Notes: generated by a model not told the origin, from the sequence alone. 63,270 bases of DNA, filler included, from Octopus bimaculoides (GCF_001194135.2; 7 parts of 7 records of this genome joined end to end with filler, not necessarily neighbours in it); one strand, 5' to 3'; shown: positions 37,949-51,960, counted from the whole stretch's first letter. Numbers and translations are program-made.

Positions 37949-39045
37949 NNNNNNNNNNNNNNNNNNNNNNNNNNNNNNNNNNNNNNNNNNNNNNNNNNNN
38001 NNNNNNNNNNNNNNNNNNNNNNNNNNNNNNNNNNNNNNNNNNNNNNNNNNNNNNNNNNNNNNNNNNNNNNNNNNNNNNNNNNNNNNNNNNNNNNNNNNNN
38101 NNNNNNNNNNNNNNNNNNNNNNNNNNNNNNNNNNNNNNNNNNNNNNNNNNNNNNNNTATATATATATATATATATATATGCATACATATATGCATACATG
38201 CACACACATGCCCATACATACATACACACACATACATATATAAACATACATAAACACAGCGTCAGGTCTTTGTGAACTTTTCCACGAGTGTTATTGGTAA
38301 TATGGTATCCAGTACAACTTGTTGCATGGACGTTCTGTTGGCGACTAAATCGACACTTCCACTAGGCTTGCCTAGTGAGGAGGGTTGCTAAGGATGCATG
38401 AACCTAGTGTAGGTTCAATGACTATCTTGCAATAGCTAGAAATTAAGGGTTGGTGCCGACGTGCAGGAAGACTGCTGGGAGTGAAGCACCACTCAGTTTT
38501 TAAAATCATGTCTCTATGAGGTCATTATAATTTAAAACTAGATATGCACGGAATGGAATTTTAGGGAATGAACATTTAGGGGATATTTTTGCTTGTGCTT
38601 GAGATCATGGCACCCCCACGTTCCTGAAACTACAGCCTATATTGGCACTGGATATGTTGCCCTGGCTTCTCTTTGCATCATGTCAGTAGGGTGGAGAGGG
38701 TCTGTGCGGTATTTTGAAAGCCTGATTGGACCTAAAATGTCAGTTGTGCAACCACCGACGAGGCGTCTTTCAAATGCCCCTTTGAGTAAGTAGGCGCCGC
38801 GCCGAGTATGGAGGCGACGAGCGCGCACCCGGGTGAAGTCGACTGCGGGTGCAATAACCTCCTGCACGGGCACTGATAGCATTTTGAATGTGCATTAGCC
38901 AGTGATGGTGTTCCTCGGTCTCGATTGGAGACAGTACTCCGTGTGTAGTACAACTGTTATTTTGAGCTAAGGAGTAATAAAAATTCTTTTGTATAAAATA
39001 TTTTCAATTGTCAGTACTTTACATCCGAAAACGAAATCGTGCTTA

Positions 39046-39517
39046 CAGTGATGTATTAGATTTGGATGGGATACATATTTATATTAAGAATTCAAATAAA
39101 AAAAAATAACAATAATAAATAATAAAAAGTATAAAAATAATAAGATATAAAATGTACATGACGTAAGATGTAAGAACATAAAAACCGTGTATGCATCTGT
39201 AGATACATGTATTCGAGGGAGAATAAACAGAGTTCAGTAATATGTGATATCATGAAGGTAAAAGTCAGTTAAAAACCATGGAAAGTAAAAATCAGTTAAA
39301 AATCAGTTTTTAACCTTCATGATATCTCGTATTACTGAACTCTATTTACTCTCCATCGAATACATGCATCTGCACACGCATACACCGTTTTCATGTTCAT
39401 ATATCTTACTTCATTTACATTTTATATCTTATTATTTTTATGATATTTTAAAATTATTTATTATTATTTGAATTTTTGATATAAACATGTATCCCATCCA
39501 AGTCTTATAAATCACTG
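39046..39517. mobile_element. Fold-back MITE, Tc1/mariner type
   Basis: TA|CAGTGAT...ATCACTG|TA termini with TA at 39044-39045 and 39518-39519. Imperfect inverted arms of about 220 bp (for example GATATCATGAAGGT / ACCTTCATGATATC) surround a roughly 45-bp spacer. Confidence 0.85.
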
Positions 39518-40536
39518 TAAAAATTTATGTCTATANNNNNNNNNNNNNNNNNNNNNNNNNNNNNNNNNNNNNNNNNNNNTTAATTAATTAANNNNNNNNN
39601 NNNNNNNNNNNNNNNNNNNNNNNNNNNNNNNNNNNATATATATACAAAATTTTGTAATATATATATTATTTTGTAAAGTATCTCAATAAAACACGCATGA
39701 CTTCTATAAGAATTTATTTTGGATCGTGAATTGATGTTGATCAGTAAGCACTTAATGTGTTGTGTAATTATTATTTCACAAGCAGATCAGCAGGTGAGTA
39801 TTGTTCTCTGTTTTATTAGGGATTATGGGTGGAACATTTAGTGGTGTGTCATTTAAAAGTGCGTTTTTTTTATTTTAAGGGAGGAGAATATTAAGAGTGT
39901 GTTATTTAGCTATTAGAGAAATTGATATGCAAGTAGGAGACATTTCATTATGTTTGACAGTGGAAGTTCTGCGTAAAATGCAAAAGGTGTGATATTTTAT
40001 TATAAATACATTGAAAGTTCCACTTGTAATTGTGAGAAATTAAGCTTATCAGTGGATACTGAATCATTGCGTGATTTTTTTTAAACCTTGGGAGGACTCA
40101 ATCAAATCGTAGTTTATATTACAGAAGTCTATTATTTACGATTGACACAGAAATTAATGTAACTAAGTATATGATGTTTTGGATGTCCAGTAAGAAGACA
40201 TTTAAGTAGTAAATAAGGTGAGCGCTCTGTAAATATATTGAAATTTAAAGGTGTAGTCCATTTACGTTTCGACATCCGCTTCCATTTCCATAAGAAGCAG
40301 TTTACAATATAAGAGATATGCATCCCGCGGAGGCCAGCTTGATTTTGCCAGTGACCTCTATATCTATCAAGGGCAGCAGCCTCAATAAATATCATAATTA
40401 CTAATAACGTCACGGCTCACGTTCTTTTCGTAGTGTCATCAATCCTTGGACTGGGATGAGCGTTGCGTTCCACAATAACACTCTTTATTTCACTCCCCTC
40501 CAGTCTTCTCATCTGAAAATGAGTACCAGTAGAGAG

Positions 40537-40601
<65 letters not shown>

Positions 40602-41439
40602 TCTCTCCATCTCTCTTCATACTTTCCTTCTCTGCCTCTCTTTCTTTCGTTTTCTTCTTTCTCTCAACGAATAATGGAGTTAAGGGATTGTCTATCTCTA
40701 TTAGCGACTACCTGTGTACCTACTAAAACACTAGGAGGAATCTACGAAGGAGTCTAGTTCACGGTAATTTCGTTGTGTGTGTGTGTTTGTGTATGTGTGA
40801 TTTAAAAACAAAATCTGTCTTGGGGTCAAATTTCTCGACTAAGTGTTTCAAGGCTATGCAAGTATGGCCGCAGTCTAGTGACCGAAACAATTACAAAATA
40901 GAAACATAAAGATTGAAAACCATTATGAAATCATACGAATGTGAGTGTGTACGCGTGTAGTGCGAATATATATGTTCATGCGTGCTCCCCCTCCTACCTC
41001 TTCAATCTACATCTTTTAAAAATCTTTAGAGTTAATGATGTTTTCTCACTTTGACAAATGTCCCACTCTAACATTTACCCACCGAACTTCTTCATTATAC
41101 CGCATTCTCTTTATATTATTCTCCACTGTTATACTAACGTGTTCGCAATTACCCTTCCATTGTAGTTATCTATCACTTCTTCTAATCGTACCACTGACTG
41201 AAAATTACATTTTCTCTGGCGAGGGATTCGGTTAGAGACATTACACTTTATCTCTCATTTAGACCAATATAATAATAAATTTCCCTCTTCCTGAGATTTC
41301 GTATTTGCTGAGGGAACCCCAAACTATTTTCTACTTATTCCTCTGGTTCGCATAGATACATTGAAAAATACTTTAAGTATTATCGAGATATTTATTCAAA
41401 TCATCATTATCGTCACTAATAACATATATAAAACAATAG

Positions 41440-41736
41440 AAACAACAGCTACAATAACAAGATAAACAACTGCAGAAACACCATCACCACCGCCACAACA
41501 ACAAATGTAGCAACAAAAATATCAAGGACCACGATACTGGGGTTTAAAATGGCAGTAGGAATGATGATGATGATGGTGGTGATGGTGGTGGTGGTGGTTG
41601 TGGTGGTGGTGATGGTGGTGGTGTGTAGGAGGAGAGGTTGACTGTGAAGATGGCATGATGATGATGATGATAATGATGATCTTCCTCCCCATCCTTGTCC
41701 TTGTCATCATCAACATCATCATCATCATCGTCATCG

Positions 41737-41782
<46 letters not shown>

Positions 41783-43340
41783 GATCATCATCATCATCGT
41801 CATCATCATCGTCATCATCAATAACACTTTCCCCCTAACACCAATAGTATCGCTACCACATATCCGTACCGCCATCACGAACACCAACTCTAGTATCACC
41901 ACTACAATTATTCCAGTATTGTCACTACATCAGCATGACAGACATTAATTACCACTGCAATTAATAATATTGCAATATTGCCCATTACACCCACAACCAA
42001 GACTGCATTCACCACACTACTACCACTGAATCGACTTTAATATAGCCACTGCGAATACAATCAATACAACAAAAACAACCACTACATCACCACTGCCATT
42101 ATCATGTCAATGACCGCTGCAACTGCCAGCGATACAGTCTGAGACTCCTCGCCTTCACAGTCGTTACCACTGCAAGGAAACCAGTAATGCGTACTCATCG
42201 ATTACTCTAAATACCAGCAGAATCTTTACGCTTAAAGCCAGCACCAATGACACCACAACCACAGTCACTAAAAATACAAACAAAACCATCATCTCCGTCG
42301 ACATTCTTGTTACATGCAATGCCAAATATCACCACAACGACAATAACAAAACTACTGTTTCCAACGTCATCCGTTCTTGTAGTACGTTGTGCTTATTTGT
42401 TTTTTATGTTTTTTCTGTAATTTCTGAATGTATTTTTTTTAATTAGCTGTTCAGATAATTTTCATCAAGTTTCACTAATTAGAGATTGTTTTAGTGATCA
42501 TTTTGATTGGGCAAAGGAGGAACTGAGATGCATCACTAAGTGTAGAGATGAGGGGTAGGTTAGGGTTTGTGGATACAACGTGTCTAAGATGGAATCTCTG
42601 TCGGATTGCACAGAGATAATGGCTGTTAACACTTGCCAACCACATCTTTGACAAATTGATGTGAAGACAAGGATGGTATTTATGAAGGTGGTAGTGGTGG
42701 AGGTGGTGGTGGTGGTGGTTGTGTTGTTAGGTGTTAACTGCTGTGTTGATAGTAGTGGCGATAGTGATGGGTGTGGTAGTGGATTTGGTGGTGGTGGTGG
42801 TGGTGGTGGTGACGGTTGTGAAGTGTATCTGTGAAGTGGTGTTGGTGCTGTTATTGATTGTATTGGTGGCGGTTGGGGATGGTGATATGATAGTGTGCTG
42901 TGTTAGTGCTAGTAGCGGTTATGTTGATGATAACAAGATCGGGGATGGCTGTGATGGTATTAGTTCTTTGTTGCTGGTGGTGGTTTTGATGATGACGTGG
43001 GGTTTGGCAGCTGCTGTTGCTGGCGGTGGTGAGCGGTGGGAGCATCTGTGTAGACAATGGTGATGATTTTAATGGTGAAGGTTATAGAGATTATATTCCT
43101 CTTAGTAGAAGTGGTGGCAATATCGCTGACAGAGAAAAGAAGGGTGATGGTGTGTGTCAGTGATGATGTATGATGGCGTGTCAGTGCTGGTGTTGGCGGT
43201 TGATGTTAAAGGTGGTCATGGACCAGTGATGTCCATAGTGTTCTTGTTGGTGGTGGTCTAGGAAATGATGGTACTGATAGTGTTGTTGATTATATTGGTG
43301 TCCCTAGGAGTTGTATCACTGGTGTTATTGGTAGTGTTGA
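41440..43340. repeat. Degenerate trinucleotide low-complexity region (CAT/CAC/AAC, then GGT/GAT)
   Basis: A C/A-rich block to about 42390 is followed by a G/T-rich block at about 42660-43340; stop codons interrupt the frames I read. Confidence 0.85.
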
Positions 43341-44289
43341 TCGTAATATATATTAGCAACGGAGGCAATATTAATAATACCCAGAGGTAATATTTAACCC
43401 CACTTAAATGTGAATGTTCAGTTAGAACATGACAGAAAGTTACATATTAGCTCTTGGTGTCAATGAACTCGTTTATATCGCTCAAACGCTGAGACCACCA
43501 GATCACATGATCCAAAACATTTCTGTAGGGTGCTTAAGAAAGTGTACTCACAGAAATATTACTGAGAAACCCACCTATGGTCCACAATAGGGAAAGTCTA
43601 AGTCCAGCGGTCTCTACAATTGGTCAGGTATAATTTGAACCGAGGTCACAAGTTAAAACCGTTACAATGGATATGTCAATAAAAATAAACAAGAAAAACA
43701 AAGGGTCCGGGAGAGAAGACAATGATATAAGTAGTGCGGGGCCGCTTATATCCTTCAACAGCTTAACGTTATAACATGCATTAGAGAACGGTCAAAGAGT
43801 AAGTAGCCTTCGGATTATAGTTAAGGGGAGGTAACTAGTACAGATAATTCAGCTACTCATTAAGCCGAAGAGGAAATGAATTTGGACTTAACCTCATATA
43901 TAACAAATTGTGGTAATAAATAGATGTATACAGGTACGCGAGAAAAATCCATCTTATAGGTACACTACAATGCACAAAATTAAAAGCTACTTACAATTAG
44001 ACGGTCAATATTTAAGACTCAATCACATGTTAATTATTATCAATTAATAAAGCCCAAAAGTTGTCACAGTATATTCTTAATAAGCATTACATAATCATTA
44101 CAGTTAGATAGTTCCAATCATTATATAAACAATTTAAAAGAATATATTGACACGATATGGGTACAGTTAATACTGGGTCCACTGGCAAATTAGTATTATG
44201 AGTAAAATTTCCTGAATTCAAACAATTTACTAAACATACTTAAAAAATCAATAAAAAGTACCCTAAGATTAGAATGAAATACTAGCTAA

Positions 44290-44492
44290 ATCTGATAATT
44301 AAAAATTATAAACTAAAGGTATATTAACTAAAGTGGGTGCAGAAAATACTATTACAATCAACAGGCTGTGCTTATATTATATTACCCCCAAATTAGATTT
44401 TCCAATTATTAAATCTAATAATTTAAATATTATAAACTAATAATATATTAACTTTAAGTGGGTGCAGATATACAATTTCAATCAACGGGCTA
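44290..44492. repeat. About 125-bp diverged tandem duplication
   Basis: TCT(G/A)ATAATT...TTATAAACTAA...TATATTAACT..AAGTGGGTGCAGA...AATCAAC(A/G)GGCT occurs twice. Confidence 0.75.
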
Positions 44493-45570
44493 CACATATA
44501 TTTCTACATAGTGCATCTTATTAGTGTCATTTGTTAATGCTATCTGTGCATTTTTACAACGTTTTGGTGCATGGTCATGCGCAATAATGTTGCAGTTAGT
44601 ATATCCGTTATTACTACTACCCATTTCACGCTCGTGTGGGATATGTTTAGTTCTGTCTCTATAGCCCGCCTCCATAAGTGCCTTATCAATCTTATCCTTA
44701 TGCCTATCAAATATTTCCTCATTAGATGAGAGATAGAAAATCATTTTGCTAATGCCTCTTATTAAAGCCTTTTTTACTGATTGTGGATGGTTACTTTGAT
44801 AGTTTATATACATTAGGTTAGAGTTAGGTTTCATATAAGGTTGGTATAATCACGATCGAAATCACAATTAACGTCTAGGTAATTGATAGAGTAGCTTTCA
44901 TTCTCTATTGTAATGGAGAGGCCGAATCTTAAAGAATTTATACAGGCGTTTCTTAAATGAGATGTTTTTAATACGGAAAAGTGCGTCGTTTCTGTACAGG
45001 CCTCCCCCAAGTTCATGGAATTCTTTATAGATGTTATCTAAAAGTTAAATATCCATGAGGGCAGTTGCCTCCACTGAGTCCGGGGCTCCCATGGTTATAT
45101 CAAAGACGTCAGGGGTGTCCTTTCTGGCCTAAACTTCTTATCAAATTCGATAATGCACTTACGGGCCGTTAGGATTACGTTACTTTCTTTTCTACTTATC
45201 TTAGTATAATTCATAGCAAAAATAAGCGCATTATTTAGAATAATGGGGGTCAATGGAGGTGTAATAATTTTGAATATCAATTTGTAGAAATTTATGATTA
45301 TCCTTATATATATGTTAGAGAACCATTCTATTGAACTTTGGGTGTTTGTCCATACTTCCGGCTTAATCTTTTCCTTAAGGGTTGGCATATACTTATCAGA
45401 GTTTGCTTTGCTAACCTTACCAAAATCCGACTTATTGGGGCATTTTAATCTGACTTGGGTGTTATGTAGATAATTATCTTTACGGTCTTTAATAGTTATA
45501 CGAGTTCTAAACGGTGTAAATGGTTCAGTTGGTCATAAATATTATACTCTAATATAACCTTTTTGGCCTC
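44490..45570 (-). mobile_element. Decayed Penelope-like retroelement, RT region (frameshifted)
   Basis: Consecutive minus-strand pieces: ITIKDRKDNYLHNTQVRLKCPNKSDFGKVSK; WTNTQSSIEWFSNI; FDITMGAPDSVE; a GLYR-x-DA motif (RT YRDD-type); SINYLDVNCD; KPNSNLMYINYQSNHPQSVKK...LSSNEEIF...ALMEAGY. This is the typical motif order of PLE RT and thumb. No GIY-YIG domain recognised. Confidence 0.85.
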
Positions 45571-45791
45571 TAAGTTGATTGTTTTAAGGGTATTCCCAGG
45601 GACTACTATATATTTTTAAAGAGTTTCACGGTGGATAAGTTCATGGTAAGTAACACTGTTCACGTTATAGGCGTTTCGTGTTTTGTCCGAGTGTACTATT
45701 ATTTCATTGTTAGATTTTAGTTCAAGAACCAAGTCTTTAAGCTTCCTTTGATATTTTTTCATAACTTCTTTTCATAAATTTTATGATATCT

Positions 45792-45816
45792 CCCCCACCC
45801 CACCCCACCCCCACCC
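45792..45816 (-). other. Potential G-quadruplex
   Basis: The minus strand is GGGTGGGGGTGGGGTGGGGTGGGGG: five G runs with 1-nt loops. Confidence 0.7.
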
Positions 45817-47224
45817 AAAAGAAATTGAAACTACCCATAAATAAATTTTAGTATTCCCTAGACCATTACTAGCTCACTCTTTTAGCTACGAACCGTGTAG
45901 CCCCAAGATGGTAGATTATATGCTTTATGTATACACACACATACATGTATTTACACCTTTCTAAATATAAATACGCACACATACACCCACACGCACAAAT
46001 ACACTAACAAACTCATACATATATAAGTATTTATGTGTAATATTTAGGTGTAAGTATGCGAGTGTGCACATGTGGGATGTTCGGCTGTGTTAGGAGTACG
46101 CTACATCATTTACAGACGAATATTATCGCATCCCATAATTCTGCAGAGATTGATCAACTGAAAGCTTAGAAAAATTGTGAGTTCAAATTTCTTCAGAGTG
46201 TAAAAATCGGAAAATATAACATATTTAGAAGTTCCCTAAAACCCATTCTTGCTACCAATTTAACACATAATTGTATCTATACATTGTTTCTCAAGCCCTA
46301 TGTCTCATAGACCGGCTGCTCGGTTTCTAAAATCTATAAATGACTACATTCGATCACAACGTCACGACGGTTTGTTGCATGGCTTCAGCCAAGCAATGTT
46401 TGGAAAAATGGGTGCAAGCCGACTTCACGGGAACCAGTACTCGTACAGTACTTTCGTTCGTCGACTAANNNNNNNNNNNNNNNNNNNNNNNNNNNNNNNN
46501 NNNNNNNNNNNNTTAATTAATTAANNNNNNNNNNNNNNNNNNNNNNNNNNNNNNNNNNNNNNNNNNNNAATAACTATTTTATGTTTTGGAATTTTCAAAA
46601 AATTTCTTCGAATTTGTACTCTACACGCGGAAGTACATGCGATTATCCAAAAATAAAGCAAGAAAAAAAAATTGGTACGCGATATAAGGCCTATTTGGCT
46701 GTTAGGTTTAGCACAACTGACGACTACCTCTGTGAGTGTAAAATATTTGTCGACACGTACTTCCTTGCAGACAAAACAGTTCTTTCTCATGCTTGGCTTG
46801 TTACTACGGAAATAGGCATGAATGAGTCTGTGACTTACAGTTGGCTAAAATTACACCAAATTTGCAAACTTTAAAAACTAATAACTCTTTATTACTTGAT
46901 TTATTGCGAAAATGAAATTCAAAGCAGTGATTAGCATATAAAGAGAGTATGGTGTATGTTCGCTTGGTTATTTGTATATATATGTCATTTATTTCAGAAG
47001 ATAATCATAATATATTTGGTCGTGTATCGTCATCCTAAACGGAGTCTACTTCTAGTTTGTCTTCTGTAGATCTTCCAGTAAGTTATATGATATGATGTTA
47101 TTTAAATAATAGATACATGTAATATGGTTGTGGAATAGCAAAAAAAAATATCTGAGTGTGTGTGCAATGTGTGCGCATGTTTGTTATATATACATATACA
47201 AATATAATATGTATATAAGCATAA

Positions 47225-47287
<63 letters not shown>

Positions 47288-49517
47288 CCTAGTTTGTTAA
47301 TAGAATGAATGCATACAAATGATTAGTTGTTCATTGCAGGGAAGTGATTAATTTCTGAATGATGAATCTTCAAACACTGCTGATATTAATGAGATCAATA
47401 TTGTTCTGGCAAAATGACGAGAAAACATGTGACTCTAACTACATATCTAATTCTACCAGCATGATTAAGAGAATTTAACAAAATGACGCGCCTGCAACTT
47501 TATGGTATGCTATAATTTTAATACATGAATACATTCATGTAGACACATAGACATACTCATACACTAATATGGAAAATAGAGTATTCACTACCATGGTAAA
47601 TATTATGTGGCAGATGTATCTCAGAGTACCATACGACTAACTCGCCATTGTTGATTTTTATGTAAATGAATGCACACTTAGAGTTACTAAGAGTTGTCTG
47701 TTAAAGTAATAAATGAATAATAAAATACATAATTAGCTATTTTGACTAATATATTCTCGAAACTGTTGAACAAAAACGATTGTAGTACATAAAACAATAT
47801 ACAGAAGTAAAACAAACGGAAATCGAATTAAAAATGGAACAACATAATTTGCATATGTCCATAGAGACAGGCGTAACATTTACAGGGAAGGAAAAAAGTC
47901 CTTTTAAAATCAAAAGTTTAAGAAAGTAAGTCATGTACACTAAAAAGAAAATCTTGACAGAAAAACAAATGAACATCAGGGAAAGCCATCTAAATAAATA
48001 ATAAAAAAATACGTTTGCTATAAAGGAGTAGAAACGACATGTATTCGAGGTGGGAAAAAAAGGAGAGTAAAAGACTGAGAAGAGAGAAAAGGGGCCGGGA
48101 AGTAAAAGGAAAGGTGGTGATAAGTTGAAAAACAGCACTAATGCACAATTGACATATTGATAAAAAATTGGGTCAGAAAAAAATAGAGACGAATATATGC
48201 GAATAGTAGATAGAGGATTGCAAAACGAAATTAGATTCAGGCATAAAGCTGCTGTTACAGCAGGAGCGACGGAGACAAAGGTAGAAAACGAGCACGCACA
48301 TAATGTAATATAATGTAATATATTATATTATTATAATGGTTTCAAATTTTGGCACACGTGTGTGTGTAAACTTAATGTCGGCAGTTGGGCGCAATAGAAA
48401 CCGTTTAGGCAAAGTTTAGTTGTCATTAATTGTGAATGTGTGTGCTACAAGTGCATATATTGTTAGAAATAAATGTTACACCACGTTGCTATATAACGAT
48501 AGAGCAGATAACTGCCCCGTGAGCGAGGCAAACCTAGAACAATGGACAGCACAGTTTCATCCTAATGGAACAGTATGCCTCCATTGCTTTCATGAACAAA
48601 AGCCGATATCATCTCAAATTTTGTCCTTTTTGGGGGGCGCTGGCATGGTGTGGTGGAAGTCAACAGAAAATACTCCCATCCACGAGCTCTTTTTAGTGAT
48701 TGCATTGAAATGTTTACATCAGGGCCGCCAAAGATTTTCTTTGAGCCATTGTGCATTCAACCCCTAAATATTTCAACATTTCATTTTGTGTTGTCGAAGT
48801 CTTGGGTATTTTGTAAACTCGTTTGTCCTTTTTGCTGACTCGAAGCTGGATGTGACTGAAAAATACCCATTCTCGGCCCCAAAGATGGATTATCGTAGCA
48901 AAACTGAAGAAACAACCATTAGTAATTATATAGATGGCTCAATGAATTTCCCCAAGTATTTAGACTAACCAGTAATAATTTTATAGCTCCACCATAAACA
49001 TCAAAGAGACAAATTTCAGTTCCTTTTTAAAAACTCAGTGAAAAGTACCAGCTTCCCTTCACTTGCCAGCAATGAGTTTGATTTCATTGTCCTTCACAAT
49101 GCTACAAATGTATCAATACTATTTCATGTAGCACTCAAACATGCCGTTCTTGTATTATTGACTGTTGTTAGTTGCAAGGAGAACAAGAAGTTGAAGTAGT
49201 CGGCTGTTTTGTCGCGTTCGTATATGAAAAACAACCAGCAATGTAGACCACAATTAAAAAAGAGCCGTCATTTGACAACATAAAGTAGCATTAAATTAAA
49301 CACACTAATGTACTCAATACTTGTTGAGCAAAACAACTAAAAAAGTACTGAGGATGTTGTTCTCCATAAACACAGGCATAAAAGAACAAAAACACATATA
49401 TAAATGTGTCTGTTTATTATATATATATATAACAACTGTAAGCTAACGAAGTTCATAAGAATATCGTGTAATCCCTCGTCATATATATATATAGGAGTAA
49501 AAGAGTAAAAAAGAGTA

Positions 49518-49572
<55 letters not shown>

Positions 49573-50874
49573 ATCTGTCGATATATTCTGTCTTTCTATC
49601 TGCGCGCGTGTGTGTATACGCGCATAATCAAAAGTAAAATTATATGCACACAAACTTGCATTCATTGATATGCATACACAGTTTCAAACACTCATTTTTA
49701 CATCCACATTCGAAGCAATACTTACACTTGTGTATTTGTGTGTTAGCGTACGAGCGCGTTTGCTTCTGCTCTTTTGCGAGTTTGTGGGAATACATTTACA
49801 TACATAGACACATGCAAATAGAACTATAAAGCAATCGACATTCGTGTTGGAAATGGGGTCATTAAAATGAATATATGTATTATAACTTACTCTAACCACA
49901 ACATTAAAATCATGATCAATGAAAGACAAAAGTTATTTTCATCACACTTTTAGAATGAATTTCCTTCGGATCGAAACCAAACCGTTTATTCCGGTTATTA
50001 TAATGCTACTAACGTTATTTGCACAAGACAGTTTGGAAACAATTTGTATAATCAAACAACCGCTCACTTTCGATGAATTACCAACATGATGTAAATATCT
50101 TGCTACAGAATATATGCTCACATCAACCGCGTTCTAAAACTAATGAATATTTATTTATATGTTTCATACAAGCAGTATATTCACACAATTCCATTACATT
50201 TCTTTCCATAAATTATATATAGCATTTTCAAACTTTGCGTAATATCATACAGAGTTGGAAACGAAGCAGCAAATTGGTGACGGTCTGCCATGATTATGAA
50301 GCTTTAGTATCGAATAAAACCCATAACTCAGATGTAAAACTGTCTCACAGTAGACGGAGAGTTTTATTGCTACAATAATATTTGATGTGTTATGGAAAGG
50401 AAAAAAGGTCTAAAGTGTATCGTAAATTTAGGACAAAATATTATTGGTATAAAGATATTTCAAACAAGGGAGCAAATGTAAAGAAAAAAATATTTGTAAT
50501 AATAATAATAATAATGACAACGTCGATGAGGAGGAAGTTGATGGTGATATATTTCGACGAAGTAGACAATGAAAACAATAGACTGCAAAATAATTGACAT
50601 TGCAATAACTGTGGACTCTAGAAACTAGAACAAACTATACATACTTGTGGAAATATATGAGGAAATAAGGCTGCAGTTCTCAAATACTAAAACGATGCAT
50701 GTAATATCATTATGAAGAAAAATATTGTCTTATACGAAGAAAAAAAAATATGCCTTTTAATAAAAAGTATCAATTGCAGCGAACAGCAGTATATTTCTAA
50801 AATATTTGGTGACGTTGTCCAAACGAAGAGACTTTGTAATACGAAAAATATAGGGATTGGAAGCAGAAACTATC

Positions 50875-50921
<47 letters not shown>

Positions 50922-51326
50922 NNNNNNNNNNNNNNNNNNNNNNNNNNNNNNNNNNNNNNNNNNNNNNNNNNNNNNNNNNNNNNNNNNNNNNNNNNNNNNN
51001 NNNNNNNNNNNNNNNNNNNNNNNNNNNNNNNNNNNNNNNNNNNNNNNNNNNNNNNNNNNNNNNNNNNNNNNNNNNNNNNNNNNNNNNNNNNNNNNNNNNN
51101 NNNNNNNNNNNNNNNNNNNNNNNNNNNNNNNNNNNNNNNNNNNNNNNNNNNNNNNNNNNNNNNNNNNNNNNNNNNNNNNNNNNNNNNNNNNNNNNNNNNN
51201 NNNNNNNNNNNNNNNNNNNNNNNNNNNNNNNNNNNNNNNNNNNNNNNNNNNNNNNNNNNNNNNNNNNNNNNNNNNNNNNNNNNNNNNNNNNNNNNNNNNN
51301 NNNNNNNNNNNNNAGCAGAAACTATC

Positions 51327-51375
<49 letters not shown>

Positions 51376-51578
51376 TGCGAATTATATATATATATATATA
51401 TATATGAGATCTAGGCAATTGCATGTACACATAAACCCTAAATAAACAAAATAACACTGGTCCTCTCCTGTGGTTACATCAAGTAGAGATTTTTCATCAT
51501 CAACATTTTACTCTATGTAGCAAATGCACTCAGACTGGTAGATTTGCTAATATCTAACGATATTATCAATTAACTAAT

Positions 51579-51960
51579 AAAGCGGCAAGCTGTCAGTATC
51601 ATTAGCAACGCGGGTACATGCTTAGCAGCATTTCTTAGCATCATCGGGCGTATCCCCTCCACTGAAATTGTTGATCTTGCACCAAAAATGAAATCATTAT
51701 TAATTGTTTAAATAACGTGACGAGCTGGCAGAATTGTTAGCGTACTAGACAAAATGCTAAGTGAAATTTATTTCGGCTCTTTACGATCTGAGTTGAAATA
51801 CTGCTGAGGTCTACATTGCTTTCTTCATTTTGGGCTTCATAAAATAAGGGCCAGTTGAGTACTCTTCGTTTTCATAAAATAAGTACGAGCTGAGGTTGAT
51901 GCAGTCGACTTCTCCTTCCCCTCAAAAGTGGTGGTCTCAGCCAAAATTAGAAAAGGTTAT
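51579..51960 (+). mobile_element. Tandem SINE family B copies (first deleted internally, second with a small internal duplication)
   Basis: Heads at about 51579 and 51714; TTCATAAAATAAG is repeated within the second copy. Confidence 0.7.

Noticed and set aside
41440-43340. Mucin-like Thr-rich coding region or a large inverted repeat
   Set aside because: Stops break the frames I read, and the two blocks are complementary only in composition, not alignable in sequence.
48720-49260. CAGGGCCGCC hAT-like terminus and possible coding remnants
   Set aside because: No matching opposite TIR or transposase motif found.
50862-51372. AGCAGAAACTATCCTCA(TA)n repeated on both sides of a gap
   Set aside because: Most simply an unmerged contig overlap at a microsatellite.
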